Under the pieces are notes generated by a model. That model was not told the DNA's origin. It worked only from the letters and a program-made list of their open reading frames with translations, and did not search any database. A stretch of DNA of 64,000 bases, taken from Mobula hypostoma (Eukaryota). The stretch is taken from positions 117,182,001 through 117,246,000 of the forward strand of contig NC_086097.1 of assembly GCF_963921235.1 (NCBI RefSeq), in the 5' to 3' direction. The position numbers and the translations under genes are program-made. Shown here in pieces: positions 24,697-35,459 of this stretch (the first letter of the stretch is position 1; each line of letters begins with the position of its first letter).

Positions 24697-26811
24697 AGAA
24701 ACATAGAAACATAGAAAACCTACAGCACAAAACAGGCCCTTTGGCCCACAAAGCTGTGCCGAACATGTCCTTACCATAGAACTACCTAGGCTTACCCATA
24801 GCCCTCTATTTTTCTAAGCTTCATGTACCTGTCCAGCAGTCTGTTAAAAGACCCTGTCGTATCCAACTCACCATTGTGCCTGCAGCCCATTCCACGCACC
24901 CACCACTCTCTGCGTAAAAAAAACTTACCCCTGACATCTCCTCTGTACCTACTTCCAAGCAACTTAAAACTGTGTCCTCTCGTGCTAGCCATTTCAGCCC
25001 TCTGACTATCCACACGATCAATGCCTCTCATTATCTTGTACATCTCCATCAAGTCACCTCTCATCCTCCGTCGCTCCAAGGAGAAAAGGCCAAGTTCACT
25101 CAACCTATTCTCAGAAGGCATGCTCCCCAATCCAGGCAACATCCTTGTAAATCTCCTCTGCACCCTTTCTATAGTTTCCACATCCTTCCTGTAGTGAGGC
25201 GACCAGAACTGAGCACAGTACTCCACATGGGTCTGACCAGGATCCTATATAGCTGCAACATTACCTCTCAGCTCTTAAACTCAATCCCATGACTGATGAA
25301 GGCCAATGCACCATATGCCTTCTTACTGTGCAGAGTCAACCTTCACAGTAGCTTTGAGTGTCTTATGGACTTGGACCCCAAGATCCCTCTGATCCTCCAC
25401 AATGCCAAGAGTTTTATCATTAATGCTGTATCCTGCCATCATATTTGACCTACCAAAATGAACCACCTTTCCCTTATCTGGATTGAACTCCATCTACCAC
25501 TTCTCAGCACAATTTTGCATTCTATCGATGTGTCGCAGTAACCTCTGACAGCCCTCCGCACTATCCACGACACACCTAACCTTTGTGTCATCAGCAAATG
25601 TACTAACCCATCTCTCCACTTCCTCATCCAGGTCATTCATGAAAATCATGAAGAGAATGGTCCCAGAATAGATCCCTGAGGCACACCACTGGTCACCGAC
25701 CTCCATGCAGAACATGACCTGTCTACAACTACTCTTTGGCCTTCTGTGGGCAAGCCTGTTCTGGATCCACAAAACAATGTCCCCTTGGATCCCATGCCTC
25801 CTTACTTTCTCAATAAGCCTTGTATGGGGTATGTTATCAAATGCCTTGCTGAAATCCATATACGCTACATCTACTGCTCTACTTTCATCAATGTGTTTAG
25901 TCACATTCTCAAAAGAATCAATTAGGCTAGTAAGGCTTTTGACAAAGCCATGCTGACTATTCCTAATCATATTATGCCTCTCCAAATGTTCATAAATCCT
26001 GCCTCTCAGCATCTTCTCCATTAACTTACCAACCACTGAAGTAAAACTCACTGTTCTATAATTTTCTGGGCTATCTCTACTCCCTTTCTTGAATAATGGA
26101 ACAACATCCGCAACCCTCCAACCCTCCAGAACCTCTCCTGTCCCCATTGATGATGCAAAGATCATTGTCAGAGGCTCAGCAATCTCCTCTCTCATCTCCC
26201 ACAATAGCCTGGGGTGCATCTCATCTGGTCCCAGTGACTTATACAACTTGATGCTTTCCAAAAACTCCAGCACATTCTCTTCCTTAATATCTACATGCTC
26301 AAGCTTTTCATTCTGCTGTAAGTCAACCGTACAATCACCAAGATCCTTTTCCGTAGTGAATACTGAAGCAAAGTACCTATTAAGTACCTCTGCTATCTCC
26401 TCCCTGTCCCGTTTGGTGGCTCAATAATTTCAGCGCTGCACTCCGGAGTGAAGGTTCCTGAGTTCGAATCCAAGTCGGGTTGAGCGTCGAGCTAGCAACT
26501 CGACCTCGTAAAAGCAAGAATAGCTTGCTACGGAAACTCCATCATGTCAGTGCCTCGATAACTCCACTGCCGAGTTAAAGGCTGTTCTTCTTCTTCTATC
26601 TCCTCCGGTTTCATACACACTTTTCCACTGTCACACTTGAATGGTCCTATTTTCTTACGTCTTCTCCTCTTGCTCTTCACATACTTGTAGAATGCCTTGG
26701 GGTTTTCCTTAATCCTATCTGCCAAGGCCTTCTCATGGCCCCTTCTGGCTCTCCTAATTTCTTTCTTAAGCTCCTTCCTGCTAGCCTTATAATCTTCTAG
26801 ATCTCCATCAT
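24697..26811 (-). mobile_element. CR1 LINE, 5'-truncated, inserted into a PLE pLTR fragment (24625-24696 and 26812-26836)
   Basis: ORFs 25494-26273 (YMDFSKAFD, FADDTK) and 24792-25226. (TTTCTATG)n tail. Confidence 0.9.
26404..26595 (+). mobile_element. Young CpG-rich tRNA-derived SINE with (TTC)n tail, nested in CR1
   Basis: A box TGGTGGCTCAAT (26414), B box GAGTTCGAATCC (26460). Perfect 11-bp TSD CTATCTCCTCC at 26393-26403 and 26596-26606. Confidence 0.85.
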
Positions 26812-27496
26812 TACTGCAGCATTTTGTAGGTGTGTTATATTCTTATCTTCTCAAATTGTATAGAGTAGATGTATAGAGTCCATCAAGGCTTCCGATGTAG
26901 ACAACCTTTAAATCACAGCTGAATGCAAATCCATGAAGTTAGTAATGTTAAAAAATAAAAAAAAATAGATGGAACATGTATTTTTTTCTAGATACCTCGA
27001 ACATAGGTGAGTACTTTGTCAGGCATTTCTCCAAGTCCGATTTTCATAGATGTTTTCTGGGTGTGATAAGTGTTTGAGCAATGGGTCCCCAAGAGGTTTT
27101 ACATTGAATAAGACAGACTTTGGGACTTCATTGCTACTTTTAAAACAGTTGTGGCTATGCAGATAAATTATGACATTCTCATATGGTTCCTTGCTGGACA
27201 TTACAAATTTTTACAACCTATTTATTTATTCTTTTAAAAATCTTGCGGCTTCCAACTGTATAAGCTAGCTGGGAAGCAATTTAGATTTAATTATCTTGAT
27301 GGGAAAGTAATGACATTAGTTCAGATGCTGATTTTACACACTTCTGTTTTACGTCATTTGAATTTTAACGTAATGCTTTTATTATTATTTAAAACACAGC
27401 TTCTGCTAACTGCTGCTGGGAGTTCTATTTGAACGGAGCTGGTCAGTCATTGAGACTGCTGCAAAGACCTTGCGCTTTGGGAGGTCAAATGTGAGA

Positions 27497-27850
27497 AGTT
27501 CAAAGTGTAATTTATCAGCAAAGTACACATGTATACTACCCTGAGATTCATTTGCTTGTGGGCATCCACAACTGTGCAAATATAGTATAGTACAAAAAGA
27601 GAAAAAAAACAACAAAATAATAATAAATAAATATTGAGAACACGAGTCGTAAAGTTCTTGAAGGATAGTCCATAGGTTGTGGAACCAGTTCAGTGTTAAG
27701 GTGAGTGAAGTTATCCCCTCTGGTTTCAAGAGCCTGATGGTTGAGCGGAAATAAATGTTCCTGAACCTGGTGCTGTGGAACTTGAGGCTCCTGTATTTCC
27801 TTCCTGATGGCAACAGTGAGAAGAGAGCGTGGCCTGGATAGTGGGGAATT
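27497..27850 (-). mobile_element. Rex1/Babar-type LINE 3' end
   Basis: LPSGRKYRSLK…TRFRNIYF…IRLL C-terminus. Recurrent 3'UTR (agttcaaagt..aatttat.a.caaagtac…ccctgagattcat) also seen near 5955, 16707, 34878, 38600 and 54335. Confidence 0.7.
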
Positions 27851-27904
27851 ATGAGAGGCAGAGATAGGACTGATGGAGCTCCCCCCTCCCCCTGTGGTTT
27901 GATA

Positions 27905-28345
27905 TGTCAAATACTAGAGGGGTGAAAGTTTAAAGGAGATTTATATGGCAAATTCTTTTGATAGACAGTGTTCTGTGTGCCTGGAATATGCCTCGAAGCT
28001 AAATGATAGCAAAGGTTGAAGGCATTTGACAGGCACATAAACAGGGTGGAAATAGAATGATATACAGTAGATCATGTGCAGGCAAATATAAAGTTTAGAT
28101 TGGCAGTGTAACCAATCTGAGTTTTTTACTCAGAGAGTGATTAGTGTGTGGAATGGGCTGCTGGCAATGGTGGTGGAGGCAGATACTACAGGGTCTTTTA
28201 AGAGACTTTTGGATAGGTACATGGAGTTTAGAAATATAGAGGGCTATAGGTAAACCTAGTAACTTCTAAGGTAGGGACATGTTCGGCACAACTCTGTGGG
28301 CCGAAGGGCTTGTATTGTGCTGTAGGTTTTCTATGTTTCGATGTA
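27905..28345 (+). mobile_element. Two adjacent short CR1 3'-end fragments
   Basis: Matches the 3' ends of the CR1 copies at 7183 and 24697 (ttttactcagagagtg…aatgggctg…ggcacaac..tgtgggccgaaggg…ggttttctatgtttc). Confidence 0.7.
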
Positions 28346-28696
28346 CATGTGATAAGTAGCTGTGAATCTAAATCTGAATCTGTTCGATGTTCTCTGCATA
28401 TGCTGTAATCCAATCCAAGACCTACTGAAAGGTTTGAAGACCAAATGTGTTATTTAATGCTGCCGCTGAATGCCACAAAGGGTTTTGCTGCGAAGGTCAG
28501 CACCACAGAGTGAATATCTTACCTCAGACCTCGTGGCAGGCCAGGCCCAGATCTGAGACACCTTTGACTTAGATTAGATTAGATTAGATTAGATTGACTT
28601 CAAGGTAAAACTACAGGTTCATGGCCAAGGTGGAAAAGGGGAAGGCAAGTTAATTTTTTAAACATTATTTCACATGAATGATTTTCATTATTGATG

Positions 28697-29562
28697 TGTA
28701 AGGTGAAGGGCTAGCACTATCCCTCAGCCGAAAGCCACAGGCACTGTGTCAGTTATCGATTGGCTCATTTGAAGAATGCTGCAGTCCTTCGTTTGTCTGC
28801 TTTTGGTGCCGTTGTCTGGCTTCCGCCATCAAAGCACCACTAGTGCACAAATAAAGTGTGCGTGGGGCTCTTCTCTCTCTTGCTTTGAGGCTCAACATGT
28901 TGCTGGGATTGTGGAAAGACTGGAAGTATGCTGCAAAGAGAGGGACCATGCGTACACTCAGATAAGTTTTTGTGTAACTTGAATATTTTAGTGAACATTT
29001 TAGTGTTTGTCCATGTTTTGTTAATAAACAGTTAAAATACTCACCTGTAGTTGGTGTCTTCTGGCCCATTTCCTGTCTGGTTGCATCACTGCCTGGTATG
29101 GGAACTGTAGCTCCCTTAATTGCAGGACTCTGTAGAGAGTGATGTGGACAGCACAGCTTATCTGTAGTTCTGAACTTCCCACTATTCAGGGCATTTAGAG
29201 AGAATTTAGAGAGACAAGTGTAAGAAAAGGACCCGAAGGATTATTCGGGACCCAAGTCATCCCAACCACAATCTATTCCAGCTGCTACCATCCGGAAAAT
29301 TGTACCACAGCATAAAAGCCAGGACCAACAGGCTCCGGGACAGCTTCTTCCACCAGGCCATCAGATTGATGAGCTCACACTGACTTGAGTGTACTCTGTA
29401 TTACATTGACTGTTCTATTTATTATAAATTATTATAATTACTATCATTGCACATTGCTCATTTAGATGGAATGTAATGTAAAGATTATTACGCCACATGT
29501 ATGTGAAGGATGTAAGAAATAAAAGTCAATTCAATTCAGTTCAGATCTGCTTCTGTGCATCA
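28697..29562 (+). repeat. 5' LTR (28697-29070 plus about 29541-29562), interrupted by a LINE
   Basis: Aligns end to end with 31539-31930 (e.g. agttatcga.tggc.cat.t.aagaatgctgcag, gcttccgccatca.ag, tgtgtaacttgaat.ttttagtg, aataaa..gttaaaatact). Starts TGTA and ends GCATCA. Confidence 0.85.
29071..29540 (+). mobile_element. Rex1/Babar-type LINE 3' fragment inserted in U5 of the 5' LTR
   Basis: GCITAWYGNC…LQRV…DPSHP…LLPSG…RTNRLRDSFFHQAIRL. AATAAA followed by an (AATTC)n tail. Absent from the 3' LTR. Confidence 0.8.
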
Positions 29563-29564
29563 GT

Positions 29565-29582
29565 CGACATCACAAACAGGAT
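29565..29582 (+). promoter_or_regulatory. Decayed primer-binding site, tRNA-Ser(CGA)-like
   Basis: CGACATCACAAACAGGAT lies 2 nt after the LTR end. Compared with TGGCGTCACGAACAGGAT (complement of a vertebrate tRNA-Ser-CGA 3' end, recalled from memory) it matches 14/18. All four mismatches are transitions, two at CpGs. Confidence 0.65.
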
Positions 29583-29601
29583 TTGTTAATGGAACATTTG
29601 G

Positions 29602-29931
29602 ATGGCGAGTAAGGATATTTGGCTCAATATTGAGGATAGGGAGGAGAGGTCAGAGGAGAGTCTGCAATTTCCCTTTGAAATGATCGCCTTCCCCCTCATG
29701 TAACAGAGACAGTACAGGCTAGACCATGTGTTGATATACCCATTGGGGGCTTCAGCCCATGGCCCCTCCACACCCCACGGGACAGGATGAGGATGAAGAA
29801 CGTGGAGTGGATAGCACAATAGCCCCCTGAGGTGGAAGCATAAGAAACTGGCGGAACTGAGGGATAGATATAGACAAAAGCCAGAGGAGCCTCTGTCCTC
29901 TTGGCGAGTGAGAATTTGGGATGCGGGGGAT
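29602..29931 (+). pseudogene. gag: ERV gag N-terminal fragment (class III-like)
   Basis: ATG at 29602. After frameshifts reads KLAELRDRYRQKPEEPLSSWRVRIWDAG, matching the EL….RQ(K/R)PGE….W..R.WD.G motif of ERV-L/ERV-S Gag. Confidence 0.7.
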
Positions 29932-31500
29932 GCTGGAGAAATAGTCTCTACAACACATTCTTGTGGATGGTGTATGAATATGCAAATCGCACTAACATTT
30001 TGGATTGCTGGATATGTATAAAGACTCCAGCTCAAGCTGCAGAAGGGGTTTTGCTAATACCAATTCCCTTTGATGAAGAGGTGAAGGACTGATAGAGGAA
30101 CATCCAGCTTCTCTGGAATTCACATTCCGTTTTGGGGAAAATGCAGGGGTTTGGGTTGGAGTAGTCCATTCCAAACAAACTTGCCTGATAGTATGACAAT
30201 GGTCATAAGGAACTTGAGCCTCAGTGTAAACCCTGGTGGAGTAAGTGCTTTGAGGGCTGTATTTCTCTGCTTATAATTCACTTTTTTTTATTTAATTGAG
30301 ATATAGTGCAGAGTAAACCCATTCGACCCTTCGAGCCACACTGTCCAGCAACCCCCGATTCAACCCTCACCTACGGTAATCATGGGACAATTTACAATGA
30401 CCAACTAACCTCCAAACTGGTATGATTTGGACAGTGAGTGGAAACCAGAGCGTCCAAAGGAAACCCACTGGGTTACGGGGAGAACAAATAACCCATTAGG
30501 TCATGGGGAGAACGTACAACCCACACAGTCACGGGGAGAACATACAACCCACTGGGTCACGGGAGAATGTACAACCCACTGGGTCACGGGGAGAACGTAC
30601 AAACTCTTACAGGCAGTGGTGGGAATTGAACTGGGGTTGCCGGTACTGTTAAGTGTGGTGTTATCCACTACACCACCGTGCCACCCAAAGGTCTTGGCAC
30701 TGAGAATAATTTCACAGCCAACATGAAAGGAAAGTGTCGTTGGTGTAGGCGACATGATGAACACAGTTCTGGTCCAAATGTGAGCAGGAACATTATCCTG
30801 GGATGACCGTATCTACACCAGATGATACTGTGAAGGGAGGCACTCCCTGGTCACTGAATGGGACATACTGGATATGTGGCTCCCGCGCCTGACCATGGCT
30901 CCCCATGAGTGGCATGGCTGCTTCTATCTGGGATATGTCTTTCCACACATAGATGATCTTAGTGTTCTGGATGAGCACGCTGCTCATGATGGTCGGTGTG
31001 GTAAGAGGAAGAAAGAGGTTGAATGTTAGCCTTTCCCATTTGTGTATGGCCAGGCTGTTCTGGGAAATGATAGTTCTGGCCTCCACGATGGAGATGCTGG
31101 TCAATGAGATGGCCATGGCCTCCCAACAGATAGAAGATGCGCTTTGCCAAAATAATGGACATTCAGACAGCTGTGTTGTAGGTTTGACTGGTGTTAGACT
31201 ATCTAGTTGAAGAAAAGGACAGCACCTGTGCTGTTATTAGCCGAGAGTGATGCATCCAATATTCTGCCTGAGTTGGGGAACATTACTAAGCTGGTTGGCC
31301 ACATCTGACTGTTGATGAATAATATTTGGAAAGTGGGGGACCAGTTTGATAGCTACTGTACTCTGGGGCGGCAAGGGAGGCTGGTGGCCTTTTGGGAACT
31401 AGCAGGCTGTGGTAAAATACATAGTGACTATTGGCCTTCTGGTACTGGGTATCGTAGTTTGATGTCTTACGTGTCCATGGGGATTGCGCTAGCCTGCAGA
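29932..31500 (+). pseudogene. env: ERV env (gamma-type), disrupted and interrupted by a SINE
   Basis: NTFLWMVYEYANRTNILDCWIC (CXXC at 30006-30017). LNGTYWICGSRA*PWLP/EWHGCFYLGYVFP. Basic cleavage site RGRKR at about 31003-31018. AVL*V*LVLDYLVEEKDSTCAVISRE*C (ISD plus CX6CC, 31170-31253). Hydrophobic VVKYIVTIGLLVLGIVV at about 31408-31460. Confidence 0.85.
30290..30690 (-). mobile_element. V-domain SINE inserted in env, with an internal 28-bp tandem expansion
   Basis: Minus strand starts gggtggcacggtggtgtagtggataac and has B box GGTTCAATTCCC-like cagttcaattccc. Five copies of ACCCACTGGGTCACGGGGAGAACGTACA at 30462-30601. Confidence 0.8.
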
Positions 31501-31538
31501 CCAGGTATTACGGTGCATGTCTTTTGAGGAGTGAAATA

Positions 31539-31930
31539 TATACTGTGAAGGCTTAACACTATCTGCCAGTCGAAAGCTGCTGGCACCATTTAGTTATCGA
31601 CTGGCCCATGTAAAGAATGCTGCAGCCCTTCCATTGCCTGCTTTTGGCACCACAGTGCTAGCTTCCGCCATCAGAGTACCAGTAGCGTATAAATACACTG
31701 TGTGTGAGGCTCTGCTCAGTCTCACTTCAGGGGCTCACCATGAGCAGTGCCGTGCAGCGATCGGAAGTGTGATGCAGATAGAGGGCCTGTGTGCACACTT
31801 AAATAACTGTGTGTAACTTGAATGTTTTAGTGTTTTGCCTTTGTTTTGGTAATAAATTGTTAAAATACTAACTCGTAGTTGTTGTCTTCTGTCCCATTTA
31901 TTGAATCTGTGAATTTGCTTCCTTGCAACA
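31539..31930 (+). repeat. 3' LTR
   Basis: Homologous to the 5' LTR. Preceded by PPT-like GAGGAGTGAAA. Contains TATAAATA (31688) and AATAAA (31851). Ends TGCAACA and is followed by TGTTG. Confidence 0.85.
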
Positions 31931-32349
31931 TGTTGGCTTTTAGCTTGCTTCTCATTATTTGCGACACTTTCTAGACTGTTGACTTCAATTGCAATAGTCC
32001 TGTAATGCCTCTACTTACAATAATATTAAAAATTAACAAAAGATAATCAGAGACTGTCTCTTGGTATCAAAAGTCAATTGCAGCTTTTGCAGCCAACAAT
32101 GACCTCTCTTCCCTTCCTGATGATTTTGGGCCCTCGTACTGACGGAGAGGTGCACTGTGGGACATGACTTATTCACTATGCCATTCAATGATTTGCATGC
32201 AGACCACACTGCTGGATACTGGGATGCAGAGAATTGGTCCACCATGTTCGGGCAACATGAGTTGCCATGGATGGTCATTCCAGGAAGGGGAATTGGGCAA
32301 GTACGATCTGACCAGATAATTGAAGATTTCTGCAATTTCAGTCAATAAG

Positions 32350-33575
32350 CTCTGCAGCTGGATGCCTGACTTTCTTACTTGAAACCACAGTCAGTGTAGA
32401 TGGGACAGAACACCCTGCTGACAATCGTCACCAGCGCACCTCAAGAATATGTGCTTAACCTACTGCTCTAGATTGATATGGTCCATTCCATCATGGGTAA
32501 AGCCCTCCCCACCATTGAGCACATCTACACTGAACAGTGTCACAGAAAAGCAGCATCTATCATCAGGGACACCCTCCCCCCACCCTAGCCATGCTCTCTT
32601 CTCACTGCTGCCAACAAGAAGAAGGTACAGGAGCCTCAGGACCCACACCACCAGGCTCAGGAATAGTTATTACCAATCCACCATCAGGCTCTTGAACTAA
32701 AGGGGATAATTTCACTTGCCCTATCACTGAAATGATATGGACATAGTTTCAAGGACTCTTTATCTATGTTCTCGATACTTATTGCTTTTTATTTATTATT
32801 ATTATTACTTCTCTCTTTTTGTACATGCACAGTTTGTTGTCTTTTGCACACTGGTTGATCACCCAAATTGGTGCTGACTTTCACTGATTCCATTGTGGCT
32901 CTTATTCTATTATGTATTTATTGAGTATGCCTGCAAGAAAATAAATCTCAGGGTTCTGTGTGGTGACGTATATGTCCTTGGATAATAAATTTACTTTGAA
33001 TTCTACAACCATGACTGTGTGATTAGACGCAGAGCAAGAACCATCTATAAATTTGCCGATGACACAACAGTTGTCAGCGAAATCTCTGATGGTGTTGAGA
33101 AGGTATGCAGGAGTGAGATAGACTAGTGGCTTTACTGGTATCACAATGATAACATTGCACACAATGTCAGAAAGACCAATGAATTGATTGTGCACTTCAG
33201 AAAGGGGAATTTGAGGAAGCACACACCAGTTTCTCATCAGAAATGCAAAGGGTGAGCAGTTTCATGTTTCTGGGTGTCAACATGAAGATCTATCCTGGGC
33301 CCAACACACTAATGAAATTACGAAGGAGGCATATCAGTAGCTATACTTCATTGGAGCTTGAGGAGATTTGGAATGTCACCAAAGACTCTATCACACTTCT
33401 ACAGATGGATCACGGAGAGCATTCTAACTGGTTACATCAGCGTCTGTTCAGAGGGATCACTACACAGGATCAGAAAAATTGCAAAGGGTTATATACTCAA
33501 CCAGCTCCATTATCAGCAGAAGCCTCCCCACCATTGAGGACATCTTCAAAAGTCAATGCTTCAAAAAGAGATTAA
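32350..33575 (+). mobile_element. Degenerate Rex1/Babar-type LINE fragments
   Basis: HPSHALFSLLPTRRRYRSLRTHTTRLRNSYYQSTIRLLN plus 3'UTR. A second piece has aaatttgccgatgacacaacagttgtc (KFADDTTVV) and VSSFMFLGVN. Confidence 0.7.
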
Positions 33576-34407
33576 CACAAAGATGAGAAAGTTCAGGAGC
33601 CGCTGCAGTGGTGTTAAAAATAATATAGTTAGAGTTCTCTCCAACACAGTAGCTATGGGTTTAAAAAAAGCATGGTAAAATGATCCTGTGTGACAGCACG
33701 TGATGTTTTAGAAAAAGATAAATAAAATAACACAGCATAGACCGGCCCTTCAGCCCATTCATCAAGCACCACTTACATGAATCCTGCACTCATCCCACTT
33801 TATTCTCTCCACATTCTCATCAAGTCTCTCCTAGGATCTGCCGCCCACCTACACATGGCCAACCTTCAGTGGTCGATTAGCTTACCAACCCTGCCTGGGA
33901 CGTGGGGAGGAGACAAGAGCGCCTGGCGGTCTCTAACATAGCCACATGGAGAGCATCCAAAGTCAATATACACGCACAATTTGGGGTCAGGATTGAACCC
34001 CATCTCCTTGCATTGTGAGGCAGTAGCTCTACGAGCTGTGTCACTAGCTTGGGGTAGAAATATTCTGACAGTCGTATCTTGTCAGGGCTCACATGCACTG
34101 TGAGGATCACACTCAGAGGCAGGCACAGTTCTCCACCAGAGGTGAAGCTGTTAAGTTCCCAGTTCTCAACTAGAACTGTTGCAACACCTCGGACCATTGA
34201 AGATTGAGTAATGAGGCTGAGTAATGGGCAGGACATTGAGACAAGCACTTCCCATCTCCAAGGTTCCACGGGATATTGTGCTGCTGGAATTGAGAACTAA
34301 GGGAAGAGCACCCTACCAGAAAAGAAGAGATAATTTGCAGAGATTTCAGCCTTGTTTTGCTTGTCTGGAGCGGTGTCATACCCTTCTGGCCCGGTGAGCC
34401 CCCACTG

Positions 34408-34770
34408 CTTAAAAGGCCTGAATGGATTAGATATGGCAAAGTTATTTCCCATGGTAGGGGAGTCTAGGACAAGAGGCATGTCTTCAGGATTGAAGGACGT
34501 CCATTTAGAACAGAGATGCGGAGAAATTACTTTAGTCAGAGGGTGGTAAATCTGTGTAATTTGTTGCCACGAGCGGCTGTGGAGGCCAAGTCACTGGGTG
34601 TATTTAAGGCAGAGACAGATAGGTTCTTGATTAGCCAGGACATAAAAGGGTATGGGGAGAAGGCAGGGGAGTGGGGATGACTGGAAGAATTGGATCAGCC
34701 CATGATTGAATGGTGAAGCAGACTCGATGGGCTGAATGGCCTACTTCTGCTCCTATATCTTATGGTCTTT
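34408..34770 (+). mobile_element. CR1 3'-end fragment
   Basis: LKGLNGLDMAKLFPMVGESRTRG… followed by the CR1 3'UTR ending tcttatggtctt. Confidence 0.8.
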
Positions 34771-35459
34771 ACCACCCTGTAAAAGCCATTTCTAGTGTTT
34801 GTGACCCCTTTTGTGGAGTGTGTATTTGTATTAAAATATCATAAGAACAATGCCACTTATGTGTTATCATCTCATAAGTTCAAAATAAATTTGTTATCGA
34901 AGTACGTATATGTCACCATTTACTACCCTGAGATTCATTTTCTTACAGGCATTCACAGTAGAACAAGGAAATGAAATAGAATCAATGAAAATCTGCACAC
35001 AGAAGACTGACAAACAACCAATGTGAAAAAAGACAAACTGTACAAAGAAGTAAATAAATAATACTGAGAACATGAGTTGTAGAGCCCTTGAAAGTGTGTC
35101 CATAGTAAATGCATCATACTCAAAAAGGATTGTGCTAAAATTTCCCAAAATGTGCTGTGCGTGCAGTGTCTCTGACCCCATTTTGCTATTGATTTATGGT
35201 TTTAATACCTTGGTATAACTCATTAGGCATTGAGCTAGTTGACTGCATTTCTTGTCCCTCAACTTTCTAACATGGTGTGAACTTTCCCAGAACTTTCCTG
35301 GAGCATAGAAGAATGAGGGGAGATTTATTAAATTATGAGGGATAAAGACAGGATAAATGCAAGCAGGTTTTATTGCACTGATGAGAACTTGAGTTCGTAG
35401 GGTTTTTTTTATTTTAGTGATGCAATGGGAAAAAGACCTTTCTAACACTTTGAGATGCG

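Larger units (their letters stand above)
28697..31930 (+). mobile_element. Internally deleted endogenous retrovirus (class III ERV-S-like gag plus gamma-type env, no pro-pol)
   Basis: Paired LTRs, TG…CA ends, TSD TGATG/TGTTG, decayed tRNA-Ser PBS, gag motif, env motifs and a purine tract before the 3' LTR. Confidence 0.85.

Noticed and set aside
26404..26480. Genuine tRNA gene
   Set aside because: No complete cloverleaf. It is the head of a TSD-flanked SINE.
28525..28610. Minus-strand exon ending at a GAG|gtaaga donor
   Set aside because: Weak proximal acceptor. The longer version is interrupted by the microsatellite insertion and has a stop in its most protein-like frame.
29932..31500. Co-opted syncytin-like env gene
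   Set aside because: Multiple stops and frameshifts, including in the ISD and CX6CC, plus a SINE insertion and no signal peptide.
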